A stretch of 64,000 nucleotides of DNA from Eledone cirrhosa. Lineage: Eukaryota. Both the position numbers and the translations under genes were made by a program. The notes beneath the pieces were generated by a model, which worked only from the letters and a program-made list of their open reading frames with translations, did no database searches and was not told where the DNA came from. Numbering within the stretch: the first letter of the stretch is position 1; every line of letters begins with the position of its first letter. Below, piece by piece: positions 1-15,000 of the stretch. The stretch covers positions 21,514,001 to 21,578,000 of the forward strand of contig OZ024753.1 in the NCBI GenBank assembly GCA_964016885.1, given 5' to 3'.

Positions 1-3000
1 AGCCGTAGAATTGACCAGACCTGACATAACTCATGCTAGCCTTAGGAGTGACCAGAACTGACATAACCCATGCTAGCCGTAGAATTGACCAGACCTGACA
101 TAACTCATGCTAGCCTTAGGAGTGACCAGAACTGACATAACCCATGCTAGCCTCAGTAGTGGCCAGACCTGACATAACCCATGCTAGTCTCAGTAGTGAC
201 CAGACCTGACATAACCCATGCTAGCCTCAGTAGTGACCAGACCTGACATAACCCATGCTAGCCGTAGAATTGACCAGACCTGACATAACTCATGCTAGCC
301 TTAGGAGTGACCAGACCTGACATAACCCATGCTAGCCGTAGAATTGACCAGACCTGACATAACTCATGCTAGCCTTAGGAGTGACCAGAACTGACATAAC
401 CCATGCTAGCCTCAGTAGTGGCCAGACCTGACATAACCAATGCTAGCCTCAGTAGTGGTCAGACCTGACATAAGCCATGTTATCCTCAGTAGTGGCCAGA
501 CCTGACATAACCCATGCGAGCCTCAGTAGTGACTAGACCTGACATAACCCATGCTAGCCACAGTAGTGACCAGACCTGACATAACCCATGCTAGCCTTAG
601 TAGTGACCAGACCTGACATAACCCATGCTAGCCTGAGTAATGACCAGAACTGACATAACCCATGCTAGCCTCAGTAGTGACCAGACCTGACATAACCCAT
701 GCTAGCCTTAGTAGTGACCAGACCTGACATAACCCATGCTAGCCTCAGTAGTGACCAGACCTGACATAACCCATGCTAGCCACAGTAGTGACCAGACCTG
801 ACATAACCCATGCGAGCCTCAGTAGTGACTAGACCTGACATAAGCCATGCTAGACTCAGTAGTGACCAGACCTGACATAACCCATGCTAGCCACAGTAGT
901 GACCAGACCTGACATAACCCATGCTAGCCACAGTAGTGACCAGACCTGACATAACCCATGCTAGCCACAGTAGTGACCAGACCTGACATAACCCATGCGA
1001 GCCTCAGTAGTGACTAGACCTGACATAACCCATGCTAGCCTTAGTAGTGACCAGACCTGACATAACCCATGCTAGCCACAGTAGTGACCAGACCTGACAT
1101 AACCCATGCTAGCCACAGTAGTGACCAGACCTGACATAACCCATGCTAGCCTTAGTAGTGACCAGACCTGACATAACCCATGCTAGCCACAGTAGTGACC
1201 AGACCTGACATAACCCATGCTAGCCTCAGTAGTGACCAGACCTGATATAACCCATGCTAGTCTCAGTAGTGACCAGACCTGACATAACCCATGCTAGCCT
1301 CAGTAGTGACCAGACCTGACATAACCCATGCTAGCCTTAGTAGTGACCAGACATGACATAACCCATGCTAGCCTCAGTAGTGACCAGACATGACATAACA
1401 CATGCTAGCCTCAGTAGTGACCAGACCTGATATAACCCATGCTAGTCTCAGTAGTGACCAGACCTGACATAACCCATGCTAGCCTCAGTAGTGACCAGAC
1501 CTGATATAACCCATGCTAGTCTCAGTAGTGACCAGACCTGACATAACCCATGCTAGCCTCAGTAGTGACCAGACATGACATAACCCATGCTAGTCTCAGT
1601 AGTGACCAGACCTGATATAACCCATGCTAGTCTCAGTAGTGACCAGACCTGACATAACCCATGCTAGCCTCAGTAGTGACCAGACCTGATATAACCCATG
1701 CTAGTCTCAGTAGTGACCAGACCTGACATAACCCATGCTAGCCTCAGTAGTGACCAGACATGACATAACCCATGCTAGTCTCAGTAGTGACCAGACCTGA
1801 TATAACCCATGCTAGTCTCAGTAGTGACCAGACCTGACATAACCCATGCTAGCCTCAGTAGTGACCAGACCTGATATAACCCATGCTAGTCTCAGTAGTG
1901 ACCAGACCTGACATAACCCATGCTAGCCTCAGTAGTGACCAGACATGACACAACTCATGCTAGCCTTAGTAGTGACCAGACATGACATAACACATGCTAG
2001 CCTTAGTAGTGACCAGACCTGACATAACCCATGCTAGCCTTAGTAGTGACCAGACCTGACATAACCCATGCTAGCCTTAGTAGTGACCAGACCTGACATA
2101 ACCCATGCTAGCCACAGTAGTGACCAGACCTGACATAAGCCATGCTAGCCTTAGTAGTGACCAGACCTGACATAACCCATGCTAGCCTCAGTAATGACCA
2201 GACCTGATATAACCCATGCTAGTCTCAGTAGTGACCAGACCTGACATAACCCATGCTAGCCTCAGTAGTGACCAGACCTGACATAACCCATGCTAGCCTC
2301 AGAGGTGACCAGCCCTGACATAACACATGCTAGCCTTAGTAGTGACCAGACATGACATAACCCATGCTAGCCTTAGTACTGACCAGACCTAACATAACCC
2401 ATACTAGCCTTAGTAGTGACCAGACCTGACATAACCCATGCTAGACTTAGTAGTGACCACACCTGACATAACCCATGCTAGCCTTAGTAGTGGTCAGGCC
2501 TGACATAACCCATGCTAGCCTTAGTAGTGACCGGACCTGTGATAACCCATGCTAGACTTAGTAGTGACCAGACCTGACATAACCCATTCTAGCCTTAGTA
2601 GTGACCAGACCTGACATAACCCATTCTAGCCTTAGTAGTGACCAGACCTGACATAACCCATACTAGCCTCAGTAGTGACCAGACCTGACATAACCCATGA
2701 AAGCCTCAGTAGTGACCAGACCTGACATAACCCATGCTAGACTTAGTAGTGACCAGACCTGACATAACCCATGCTAGCCTCAGTAGAGACCAGACCTGAC
2801 ATAACCCATGTTAGCCTGAATAATGACCAGAACTGACATAACCCATGCTAGCCTGAGTAATGACCAGAACTGACATAACCCATGCTAGCCTTAGTAGTGA
2901 CCAGACCTGACATAACCCATGCTTGCCTTATTAGTGACCAGACCTGACATAACCCATGCTAGTCTCAGTAGTGACCAGACCTGACATAACCCATGCTAGC

Positions 3001-6000
3001 CTCAGTAGTGACCAGACCTGACATAACCCATGCTAGCCGTAGAATTGACCAGACCTGACATAACTCATGCTAGCCTTAGGAGTGACCAGAACTGACATAA
3101 CCCATGCTAGCCGTAGAATTGACCAGACCTGACATAACTCATGCTAGCCTTAGGAGTGACCAGAACTGACATAACCCATGCTAGCCTCAGTAGTGGCCAG
3201 ACCTGACATAACCAATGCTAGCCTCAGTAGTGGTCAGACCTGACATAAGCCATGTTATCCTCAGTAGTGGCCAGACCTGACATAACCCATGCTAGCCTCA
3301 GTAGTGACCAGACCTGACATAACCCATGCTAGCCTTAGTAATGACCAGACCTTACATAACACATGCTAGCCTCAGTAGTGACCAGACCTGACATAACCCA
3401 TGCTAGCCTTAGTAGTGACCAGACCTGACATAACCCATGCTAGCCTCAGTAGTGACCAGACCTGACATAACCCATGCTAGCCTTAGTAGTGACCAGATCT
3501 GACATAACCCATGCTAGCCTTAGTAGTGACCAGACCTGACATAACCCATGCTAGCCTCAGTAGTGACCAGACCTGACATAACCCATGCTAGCCTTAGTAG
3601 TGACCAGATCTGACATAACCCATGCTAGCCTTAGTAGTGACCAGACCTGACATAACCCATGCTAGCCTCAGTAGTGACCAGACCTGACATAACCCATGCT
3701 AGCCTTAGTAGTGACCAGACCTGACATAACCCATGCTAGCCTCAGTAGTGACCAGACCTGACATAACCCATGCTAGCCTTAGTAGTGACCAGACCTGACA
3801 TAACCCATGCTAGCCTCAGTAGTGACCAGACCCGACATAACCCATGCTAGCCTTAGTAGTGACCAGACCTGACATAACCCATGCTAGCCTTAGTAGTGAC
3901 CAGACCTGACATAACCCATGCTAGCCTCAGTAGTGACCAGACCTGACATAAGCCATGCTAGCCTTAGTAGTGACCAGACCTGACATAACCCATGCTAGCC
4001 TTAGTAGTGACCAGACCTGACATAACCCATGCTAACCTTAGTAGTGACCAGACCCGACATAACCCATGCTAGCCTTAGTATTGACCAGACCTGACATAAC
4101 CCATGCTAGCCTTAGTATTGACCAGATCTGACATAACCCATGCTAGCCTTAGTATTGACCAGACCTGACATAACCCATGCTAGCCTCAGTAGTGACCAGA
4201 CCTGACATAACTCATGCTAGGCTTAGTAGTGACCAGACCTGTCATAACCCATGCTAGCCTTAGTAGTGACCAGACCTGACATAACCCATGCTAGCCTTAG
4301 TATTGACCAGATCTGACATAACTCATGCTAGCCTCAGTAGTGACCAGACCTGACATAACCCATGCTAGCCTTAGTAGTGACCAGACCTGACATAACCCAT
4401 GCTAGCCTCAGTAGTGACCAGACCTGACATAACCCATGCTAGCCTTAGTAGTGACCAGATCTGACATAACCCATGCTAGCCTCAGTAGTGACCAGACCTG
4501 ACATAACCCATGCTAGCCTTAGTAGTGACCAGACCTGACATAACCCATGCTAGCCTCAGTAGTGACCAGACCTGACATAACCCATGCTAGCCTTAGTAGT
4601 GACCAGACCTGACATAACCCATGCTAGCCTCAGTAGTGACCAGACCTGACATAACCCATGCTAGCCTTAGTAGTGACCAGACCTGACATAACCCATGCTA
4701 GCCTCAGTAGTGACCAGACCCGACATAACCCATGCTAGCCTTAGTAGTGACCAGACCTGACATAACCCATGCTAGCCTTAGTAGTGACCAGACCTGACAT
4801 AACCCATGCTAGCCTCAGTAGTGACCAGACCTGACATAAGCCATGCTAGCCTTAGTAGTGACCAGACCTGACATAACCCATGCTAGCCTTAGTAGTGACC
4901 AGACCTGACATAACCCATTCTAGCCTTAGTAGTGACCAGACCTGACATAACCCATGCTAGCCTTAGTATTGACCAGACCTGACATAACCCATGCTAGCCT
5001 CAGTAGTGACCAGACCTGACATAACTCATGCTAGGCTTAGTAGTGACCAGACCTGTCATAACCCATGCTAGCCTTAGTAGTGACCAGACCTGACATAACC
5101 CATGCTAGCCTTAGTATTGACCAGATCTGACATAACTCATGCTAGCCTCAGTAGTGACCAGACCTGACATAACCCATGCTAGCCTTAGTAGTGACCAGAC
5201 CTGACATAACCCATGCTAGCCTCAGTAGTGACCAGACCCGACATAACCCATGCTAGCCTTAGTAGTGACCAGACCTGACATAACCCATGCTAGCCTTAGT
5301 AGTGACCAGACCTGACATAACCCATGCTAGCCTCAGTAGTGACCAGACCTGACATAAGCCATGCTAGCCTTAGTAGTGACCAGACCTGACATAACCCATG
5401 CTAGCCTTAGTAGTGACCAGACCTGACATAACCCATGCTAGCCTTAGTAGTGACCAGACCTGACATAAGCCATGCTAGCCACAGTAGTGACCAGACCTGA
5501 CATAACCCATGCTAGCCTTAGTAGTGACCAGACCTGACATAACCCATGCTAGTCTCAGTGGTGACCAGACCTGACATAACCCATGCTAGTCTCAGTGGTG
5601 ACCAGACCTGACATAACCCATGCTAGCCTTAGTAGTGACCAGACCCGACATAACCCATGCTAGCCTTAGTAGTGGCCAGACCTGACATAACCCATGCTAG
5701 CCACAGTAGTGACCAGACCTGACATAACCCATGCTAGCCTTAGTAGTGACCAGACATGACATAACCCATGCTAGCCTTAGTATTGACCAGACCTGACATA
5801 ACCCATGCTAGCCTTAGTATTGACCAGATCTGACATAACCCATGCTAGCCTTAGTAGTGACCAGACCTGACATAACCCATGCTAGCCTTAGTATTGACCA
5901 GACCTGACATAACCCATGCTAGCCTCAGTAGTGACCAGACCTGACATAACTCATGCTAGGCTTAGTAGTGACCAGACCTGTCATAACCCATGCTAGCCTT

Positions 6001-9000
6001 AGTAGTGACCAGACCTGACATAACCCATGCTAGCCTTAGTATTGACCAGACCTGACATAACCCATGCTAGCCTTAGTATTGACCAGATCTGACATAACCC
6101 ATGCTAGCCTTAGTATTGACCAGACCTGACATAACCCATGCTAGCCTCAGTAGTGACCAGACCTGACATAACTCATGCTAGGCTTAGTAGTGACCAGACC
6201 TGACATAACCCATGCTAGCCTCAGTAGTGACCAGACCTGACTTAACCCATGCTAGCCTCAGTAGTGACCAAACATGACATAACACATGCTAGCCTTAGTA
6301 GTGACCAGACATGACATAACCCATGCTAGCCTTAGTAGTGACCAGACCTGACATAACCCATGCTAGCCTCAGTAGTGACCAGACCTGATATAACCCATGC
6401 TAGTCTCAGTAGTGACCAGACCTGACATAACCCATGCTAGCCTTAGTAGTGACCAGACATGACATAACCCATGCTAGCCTTAGTAGTGACCAGACCTGAC
6501 ATAACCCATGCTAGCCTTAGTAGTGACCAGACCTGACATAACCCATGCTAGCCTCAGTAGTGACCAGACCTGATATAACCCATGCTAGTCTCAGTAGTGA
6601 CCAGACCTGACATAACCCATGCTAGCCTTAGTAGTGACCAGACCTGACATAACCCATGCTAGCCACAGTAGTGACCAGACCTGACATAACCCATGCTAGC
6701 CTTAGAAGTGACCAGACCTGACTTAACCCATGCTAGTCTCAGTAGTGACCAGACATGACATAACACATGCTAGCCTTAGTAGTGACCAGACCTGACATAA
6801 CCCATGCTAGCCACAGTAGTGACCAGACCTGACATAACCCATGCTAGCCACAGTAGTGACCAGACCTGACATAACCCATGCTAGCCACAGTAGTGACCAG
6901 ACCTGACATAACCCATGCTAGCCTCAGTAGTGACCAGACCTGACATAAGCCATGCTAGCCTTAGTAGTGACCAGACCTGACATAACCCATGCTAGCCACA
7001 GTAGTGACCAGACCTGACATAACCCATGCGAGCCTCAGTAGTGACTAGACCTGACATAAGCCATGCTAGACTCAGTAGTGACCAGACCTGACATAACCCA
7101 TGCTAGTCTCAGTAGTGACCAGACCTGACATAACCCATGCTAGCCACAGTAGTGACCAGACCTGACATGACCCATGCTAGCCTCAGTAGTGACCAGACAT
7201 GACATAACCCATGCTAGCCACAGTAGTGACCAGACCTGACATAACCCATGCTAGCCACAGTAGTGACCAGACCTGACATAACCCATGCTAGCCTTAGTAG
7301 TGACCAGACCTGACATAACCCATGCTAGCCACAGTAGTGACCAGACCTGACATAACCCATGCTAGCCTTAGTAGTGACCAGACCTGACATAACCCATGCT
7401 AGTCTTAGTAGTGACCAGACCTGACATAACCCATGCTAGCCACAGTAGTGACCAGACCTGATATAACCCATGCTAGTCTCAGTAGTGACCAGACCTGACA
7501 TAACCCATGCTAGCCTCAGTAGTGACCAGACCTGATATAACCCATGCTAGTCTCAGTAGTGACCAGACCTGACATAACCCATGCTAGCCACAGTAGTGAC
7601 CAGACCTGACACAACCCATGCTAGCCACAGTAGTGACCAGACCTGACACAACCCATGCTAGCCACAGTAGTGACCAGACCTGACATAAGCCATGCTAGCC
7701 TTAGTAGTGACCAGACCTGACACAACCCATGCTAGCCACAGTAGTGACCAGACCTGACATAAGCCATGCTAGCCTCAGTAGTGACCAGACCTGACATAAC
7801 CCATGCTAGCCACAGTAGTGACCAGACCTGACATAAGCCATGCTAGCCTCAGTAGTGACCAGACCTGACACAACCCATGCTAGCCACAGTAGTGACCAGA
7901 CCTGACACAACCCATGCTAGCCACAGTAGTGACCAGACCTGACACAACCCATGCTAGCCACAGTAGTGACCAGACCTGACATAAGCCATGCTAGCCTTAG
8001 TAGTGACCAGACCTGACATAACCCATGCTAGCCACAGTAGTGACCATACCTGACATAACCCATGCTAGCCTTAGTAGTGACCAGACCTGACATAACCCAT
8101 GCTAGCCACAGTAGTGACCAGACCTGACACAACCCATGCTAGCCACAGTAGTGACCAGACCTGACATAAGCCATGCTAGCCTTAGTAGTGACCAGACGTG
8201 ACATAACCCATGCTAGTCTCACTAGTGACCAGACCTGACATAACCCATGCTAGCCTCAGTAGTGACCAGACCTGACATAACCCATGCTAGCCACAGTAGT
8301 GACCAGACCTGACATAACCCATGCTAGCCTCAGTAGTGACCAGACCTGACATAACCCATGCTAGCCTTAGTAGTGACCAGACATGACATAACCCATGCTA
8401 GCCTCAGTAGTGACCAGACATGACATAACACATGCTAGCCTTAGTAGTGACCAGACATGACACAACTCATGCTAGCCTTAGTAGTGACCAGACATGACAT
8501 AACACATGCTAGCCTTAGTAGTGACCAGACCTGACATAACCCATGCTAGCCTTAGTAGTGACCAGACCTGACATAACCCATGCTAGCCTTAGTAGTGACC
8601 AGACCTGACATAACCCATGCTAGCCACAGTAGTGACCAGACCTGACATAAGCCATGCTAGCCTTAGTAGTGACCAGACCTGACATAACCCATGCTAGCCT
8701 CAGTAATGACCAGACCTGATATAACCCATGCTAGTCTCAGTAGTGACCAGACCTGACATAACCCATGCTAGCCTCAGTAGTGACCAGACCTGACATAACC
8801 CATGCTAGCCTCAGAGGTGACCAGACATGACATAACACATGCTAGCCTTAGTAGTGACCAGACATGACATAACCCATGCTAGCCTTAGTAGTGACCAGAT
8901 CTGACATAACCCATGCTAGCCTTAGTACTGACCAGACCTAACATAACCCATGCTAGCCTTAGTAGTGACCAGACCTGACATAACCCATGCTAGACTTAGT

Positions 9001-12000
9001 AGTGACCACACCTGACATAACCCATGCTAGCCTTAGTAGTGGTCAGGCCTGACATAACCCATGCTAGCCTTAGTAGTGACCGGACCTGTGATAACCCATG
9101 CTAGACTTAGTAGTGACCAGACCTGACATAACCCATGCTAGCCTTAGTAGTGGCCAGACCTGACATAACCCATGAAAGCCTCAGTAGTGACCAGACCTGA
9201 CATAACCCATTCTAGCCTTAGTAGTGACCAGACCTGACATAACCCATGCTAGCCTTAGTAGTGACCAGACCTGACATAACCCATGCTAGCCTCAGTAGTG
9301 ACCAGACCTGACATAACCCATGAAAGCCTCAGTAGTGACCAGACCTGACATAACCCATGCTAGACTTAGTAGTGACCAGACCTGACATAACCCATGCTAG
9401 CCTCAGTAGAGACCAGACCTGACATAACCCATGCTAGCCTGAATAATGACCAGAACTGACATAACCCATGCTAGCCTGAGTAATGACCAGAACTGACATA
9501 ACCCATGCTAGCCTCAGTAGTGACCAGACCTGACATAACCCATGCTTGCCTTATTAGTGACCAGACCTGACATAACCCATGCTAGTCTCAGTAGTGACCA
9601 GACCTGACATAACCCATGCTAGCCTCAGTAGTGACCAGACCTGACATAACCCATGCTAGCCTCAGTAGTGACCAGACCTGACATAACCCATGCTAGCCGT
9701 AGAATTGACCAGACCTGACATAACCCATGCTAGCCTTAGGAGTGACCAGAACTGACATAACCCATGCTAGCCTCAGTGGTGACCAGACCTTACATAACAC
9801 ATGCTAGCCTTAGTAGTGACCAGACCTGACATAACCCATGCTAGCCTCAGTAGTGACCAGACCTGACATAACCCATGCTAGCCTTAGGAGTGACCAGAAC
9901 TGACATAACCCATGCTAGCCTCAGTAGTGGTCAGACCTGACATAAGCCATGTTATCCTCAGTAGTGGCCAGACCTGACATAACCCATGCTAGACTTAGTA
10001 GTGACCAGACCTTACATAACACATGCTAGCCTCAGTAGTGACCAGACCTGACATAACCCATGCTAGCCTCAGTAGTGACCAGACCTGACATAACCCATGC
10101 TAGCCTTAGTAGTGACCAGACCCGACATAACCCATGCTAGCCTTAGTAGTGACCAGATCTGACATAACCCATGCTAGCCTTAGTAGTGACCAGACCTGAC
10201 ATAACCCATGCTAGCCTTAGTAGTGACCAGACCCGACATAACACATGCTAGCCTTAGTAGTGACCAGACCTGACATAACCCATGCTAGCCTCAGTAGTGA
10301 CCAGACCTGATATAACCCATGCTAGCCTCAGTAGTGACCAAACATGACATAACACATGCTAGCCTTAGTAGTGACCAGACATGACATAATCCATGCTAGC
10401 CTTAGTAGTGACCAGACCTGACATAACCCATGCTAGCCTTAGTAATGACCAGACCTGACATAACCCATGCTAGCCTTAGTAGTGACCAGACCTGACTTAA
10501 CCCATGCTAGCCTCAGTAGTGACCAAACATGACATAACACATGCTAGCCTTAGTAGTGACCAGACATGACATAATCCATGCTAGCCTTAGTAGTGACCAG
10601 ACCTGACATAATCCATGCTAGCCTTAGTAGTGACCAGACCTGAAATAACCCATGCTAGCCTTAGTAGTGACCAGACCTGACATAACCCATGCTAGCCTTA
10701 GTAGTGACCAGACCTGATATAACCCATGCTAGCCTCAGTAGTGACCAAACATGACATAACACATGCTAGCCTTAGTAGTGACCAGACCTGACATAACCCA
10801 TGCTAGCCTTAGTAGTGACCAGACCTGACATAACCCATGCTAGCCTTAGTAGTGACCAAACATGACATAACACATGCTAGCCTTAGTAGTGACCAGACCT
10901 GACATAATCCATGCTAGCCTTAGTAGTGACCAGACCTGACATAACCCATGCTAGCCTTAGTAGTGGTCAGACCTGACATAACCCATGCTAGCCTTAGTAG
11001 TGACCAGACCCGACATAACCCATGCTAGCCTTAGTAGTGACCAGATCTGACATAACCCATGCTAGCCTTAGTAGTGACCAGACCTGACATAAGCCATGCT
11101 AGCCACAGTAGTGACCAGACCTGACATAACCCATGCTAGCCACAGTAGTGACCAGACCTGACTTAACCCATGCTAGCCTCAGTAGTGACCAGACATGACA
11201 TAACACATGCTAGCCTTAGTAGTGACCAGACCTGACATAAGCCATGCTAGCCACAGTAGTGACCAGACCTGACATAACCCATGCTAGCCACAGTAGTGAC
11301 CAGACCTGACATAACCCATGCTAGCCACAGTAGTGACCAGACCTGACATAACCCATGCTAGCCTCAGTAGTGACTAGACCTGACATAACCCATGCTAGCC
11401 TTAGTAGTGACCAGACCTGACATAACCCATGCTAGCCTGAGTAATGACCAGAACTGACATAACCCATGCTAGCCTCAGTAGTGACCAGACCTGACATAAC
11501 CCATGCTAGCCTTAGTAGTGACCAGACCTGACATAACCCATGCTAGCCTGAGTAATGACCAGAACTGACATAACCCATTCTAGCCACAGTAGTGACCAGA
11601 CCTGACATAACCCATGCTAGTCTCAGTAGTGACCAGACCTGACATAACCCATGCTAGCCACAGTAGTGACCAGACCTGACATACCCCATGCTAGCCACAG
11701 TAGTGACCAGACCTGACATAACCCATGCTAGCCACAGTAGTGACCAGACCTGACATAACCCATGCTAGCCACAGTAGTGACCAGACCTGACATAACCCAT
11801 GCTAGCCTTAGTAGTGACCAGACCTGACATAACCCATGCTAGCCACAGTAGTGACCAGACCTGACATAACCCATGCTAGCCACAGTAGTGACCAGACCTG
11901 ACATAACCCATGCTAGCCACAGTAGTGACCAGACCTGACATAACCCATGCTAGCCACAGTAGTGACCAGACCTGACATAACCCATGCTAGCCACAGTAGT

Positions 12001-15000
12001 GACCAGACCTGACATAACCCATGCTAGCCTTAGTAGTGACCAGACCTGACATAACCCATGCTAGCCACAGTAGTGACCAGACCTGACATAACCCATGCTA
12101 GCCACAGTAGTGACCAGACCTGACATAACCCATGCTAGCCACAGTAGTGACCAGACCTGACATAACCCATGCTAGCCTTAGTAGTGACCAGACCTGACAT
12201 AACCCATGCTAGCCACAGTAGTGACCAGACCTGACATAACCCATGCTAGCCACAGTAGTGACCAGACCTGACATAACCCATGCTAGCCTTAGTAGTGACC
12301 AGACCTGACATAACCAATGCTAGCCTCAGTAGTGACCAGACCTGATATAACCCATGCTAGCCTCAGTAGTGACCAGACCTGACATAACCCATGCTAGCCA
12401 CAGTAGTGACCATACCTGACATAACCCATGCTAGCCTTTGTAATGACCAGACCTGACATAACCCATGCTAGCCACAGTAGTGACCAGACCTGACATAACC
12501 CATGCTAGCCACAGTAGTGACCAGACCTGACATAAGCCATGCTAGCCTTAGTAGTGACCAGACCTGACATAACCCATGCTAGTCTCAGTAGTGACCAGAC
12601 CTGACATAACCCATGCTAGCCTCAGTAGTGACCAGACCTGACATAACCCATGCTAGCCTTAGTAGTGACCAGACATGACATAACCCATGCTAGCCTCAGT
12701 AGTGACCAGACATGACATAACACATGCTAGCCTTAGTAGTGACCAGACATGACACAACCCATTCTAGCCTTAGTAGTGACCAGACATGACATAACACATG
12801 CTATCCTTAGTAGTGACCAGACCTGACATAACCCATGCTAGCCTTAGTAGTGACCAGACCTGACATAACCCATGCTAGCCTCAGTAGTGACCAGACATGA
12901 CATAACACATGCTAGCCTTAGTAGTGACCAGACATGACACAACCCATTCTAGCCTTAGTAGTGACCAGACCTGACATAACCCATGCTAGCCTTAGTAGTG
13001 ACCAGACCTGACATAACCCATGCTAGCCACAGTAGTGACCAGACCTGACATAAGCCATGCTAGCCTTAGTAGTGACCAGACCTGACATAACCCATGCTAG
13101 CCTCAGTAGTGACCAGACCTGATATAACCCATGCTAGTCTCAGTAGTGACCAGACCTGACATAACCCATGCTAGCCTCAGTAGTGACCAGACCTGACATA
13201 ACCCATGCTAGCCTCAGAGGTGACCAGACCTGACATAACACATGCTAGCCTTAGTAGTGACCAGACATGACATAACCCATGCTAGCCTTAGTAGTGACCA
13301 GATCTGACATAACCCATGCTAGCCTTAGTACTGACCAGACCTAACATAACCCATGCTAGCCTTAGTAGTGACCAGACCTGACATAACCCATGCTAGACTT
13401 AGTAGTGACCACACCTGACATAACCCATGCTCGCCTCAGTAGTGACCAGACCTGACATAACCCATGCTAGACTTAGTGGTCACCAGACCTGACATAACCC
13501 ATGCTAGCCTCAGTAGTGACCAGACCTGACATAACCCATGCTAGCCTTAGGAGTGACCAGACCTGACATAACTCATGCTAGCCTTAGGAGTGACCAGACC
13601 TGACATAACCCATGCTAGCCTTAGGAGTGACCAGACCTGACATAACCCATGCTAGCCTCAGTAGTGACCAGACCTGACATAACTCATGCTAGCCTTAGGA
13701 GTGACCAGACCTGACATAACTCATGCTAGCCTTAGGAGTGACCAGACCTGACATAACCCATGCTAGCCTCAGTAGTGACCAGACCTGACATAACCCATGC
13801 TAGCCTTAGTAGTGACCAGACCTGACATAACTCATGCTAGCCTTCGGAGTGACCAGACCTGACATAACCCATGCTAGCCGTAGAATTGACCAGACCTGAC
13901 ATAACTCATGCTAGCCTTAGGAGTGACCAGACCTGACATAAGCCATGTTATCCTCAGTAGTGGCCAGACCTGACATAACCCATGCTAGCCTCAGTAGTGA
14001 CCAGACCTGACATAACCCATGCTAGCCTTAGTAATGACCAGACCTGACATAAGCCATGCTAGCCTTAGTAGTGACCAGACCCGACATAACCCATGCTAGC
14101 CTTAGTACTGACCAGACCTAACATAACCCATGCTAGCCTTAGTAGTGACCAGACCTGACATAACCCATGCTAGCCTCAGTAGTGACCAGACCTGACATAA
14201 CCCATGCTAGCCTCAGTAGTGACCAGACCTGATATAACCCATGCTAGTCTCAGTAGTGACCAGACCTGACATAACACATGCTAGCCTTAGTAATGACCAG
14301 ACCTGACATAACCCATGCTAGCCTTAGTAGTGACCAGACCTGACATAACCCATGCTAGCCTCAGTAGTGACCAGACCTGATATAACCCATGCTAGTCTCA
14401 GTAGTGACCAGACCTGACATAACCCATGCTAGCCACAGTAGTGACCAGATTTGACATAACCCATGCTAGCCTTAGTAGTGACCAGACCTGACTTAACCCA
14501 TGCTAGCCACAGTAGTGACCAGACCTGACATAAGCCATGCTAGCCTTAGTAGTGACCAGACCTGACATAACCCATGCTAGCCACAGTAGTGACCAGACCT
14601 GACATAACCCATGCGAGCCTCAGTAGTGACTAGACCTGACATAACCCATGCTAGCCTCAGTAGTGACCAGACCTGATATAACCCATGCTAGTCTCAGTAG
14701 TGACCAGACCTGACATAACACATGCTAGCCTTAGTAATGACCAGACCTGACATAACCCATGCTAGCCTTAGTAGTGACCAGACCTGACATAACCCATGCT
14801 AGCCTCAGTAGTGACCAGACCTGATATAACCCATGCTAGTCTCAGTAGTGACCAGACCTGACATAACCCATGCTAGCCACAGTAGTGACCAGATTTGACA
14901 TAACCCATGCTAGCCTTAGTAGTGACCAGACCTGACTTAACCCATGCTAGCCACAGTAGTGACCAGACCTGACATAAGCCATGCTAGCCTTAGTAGTGAC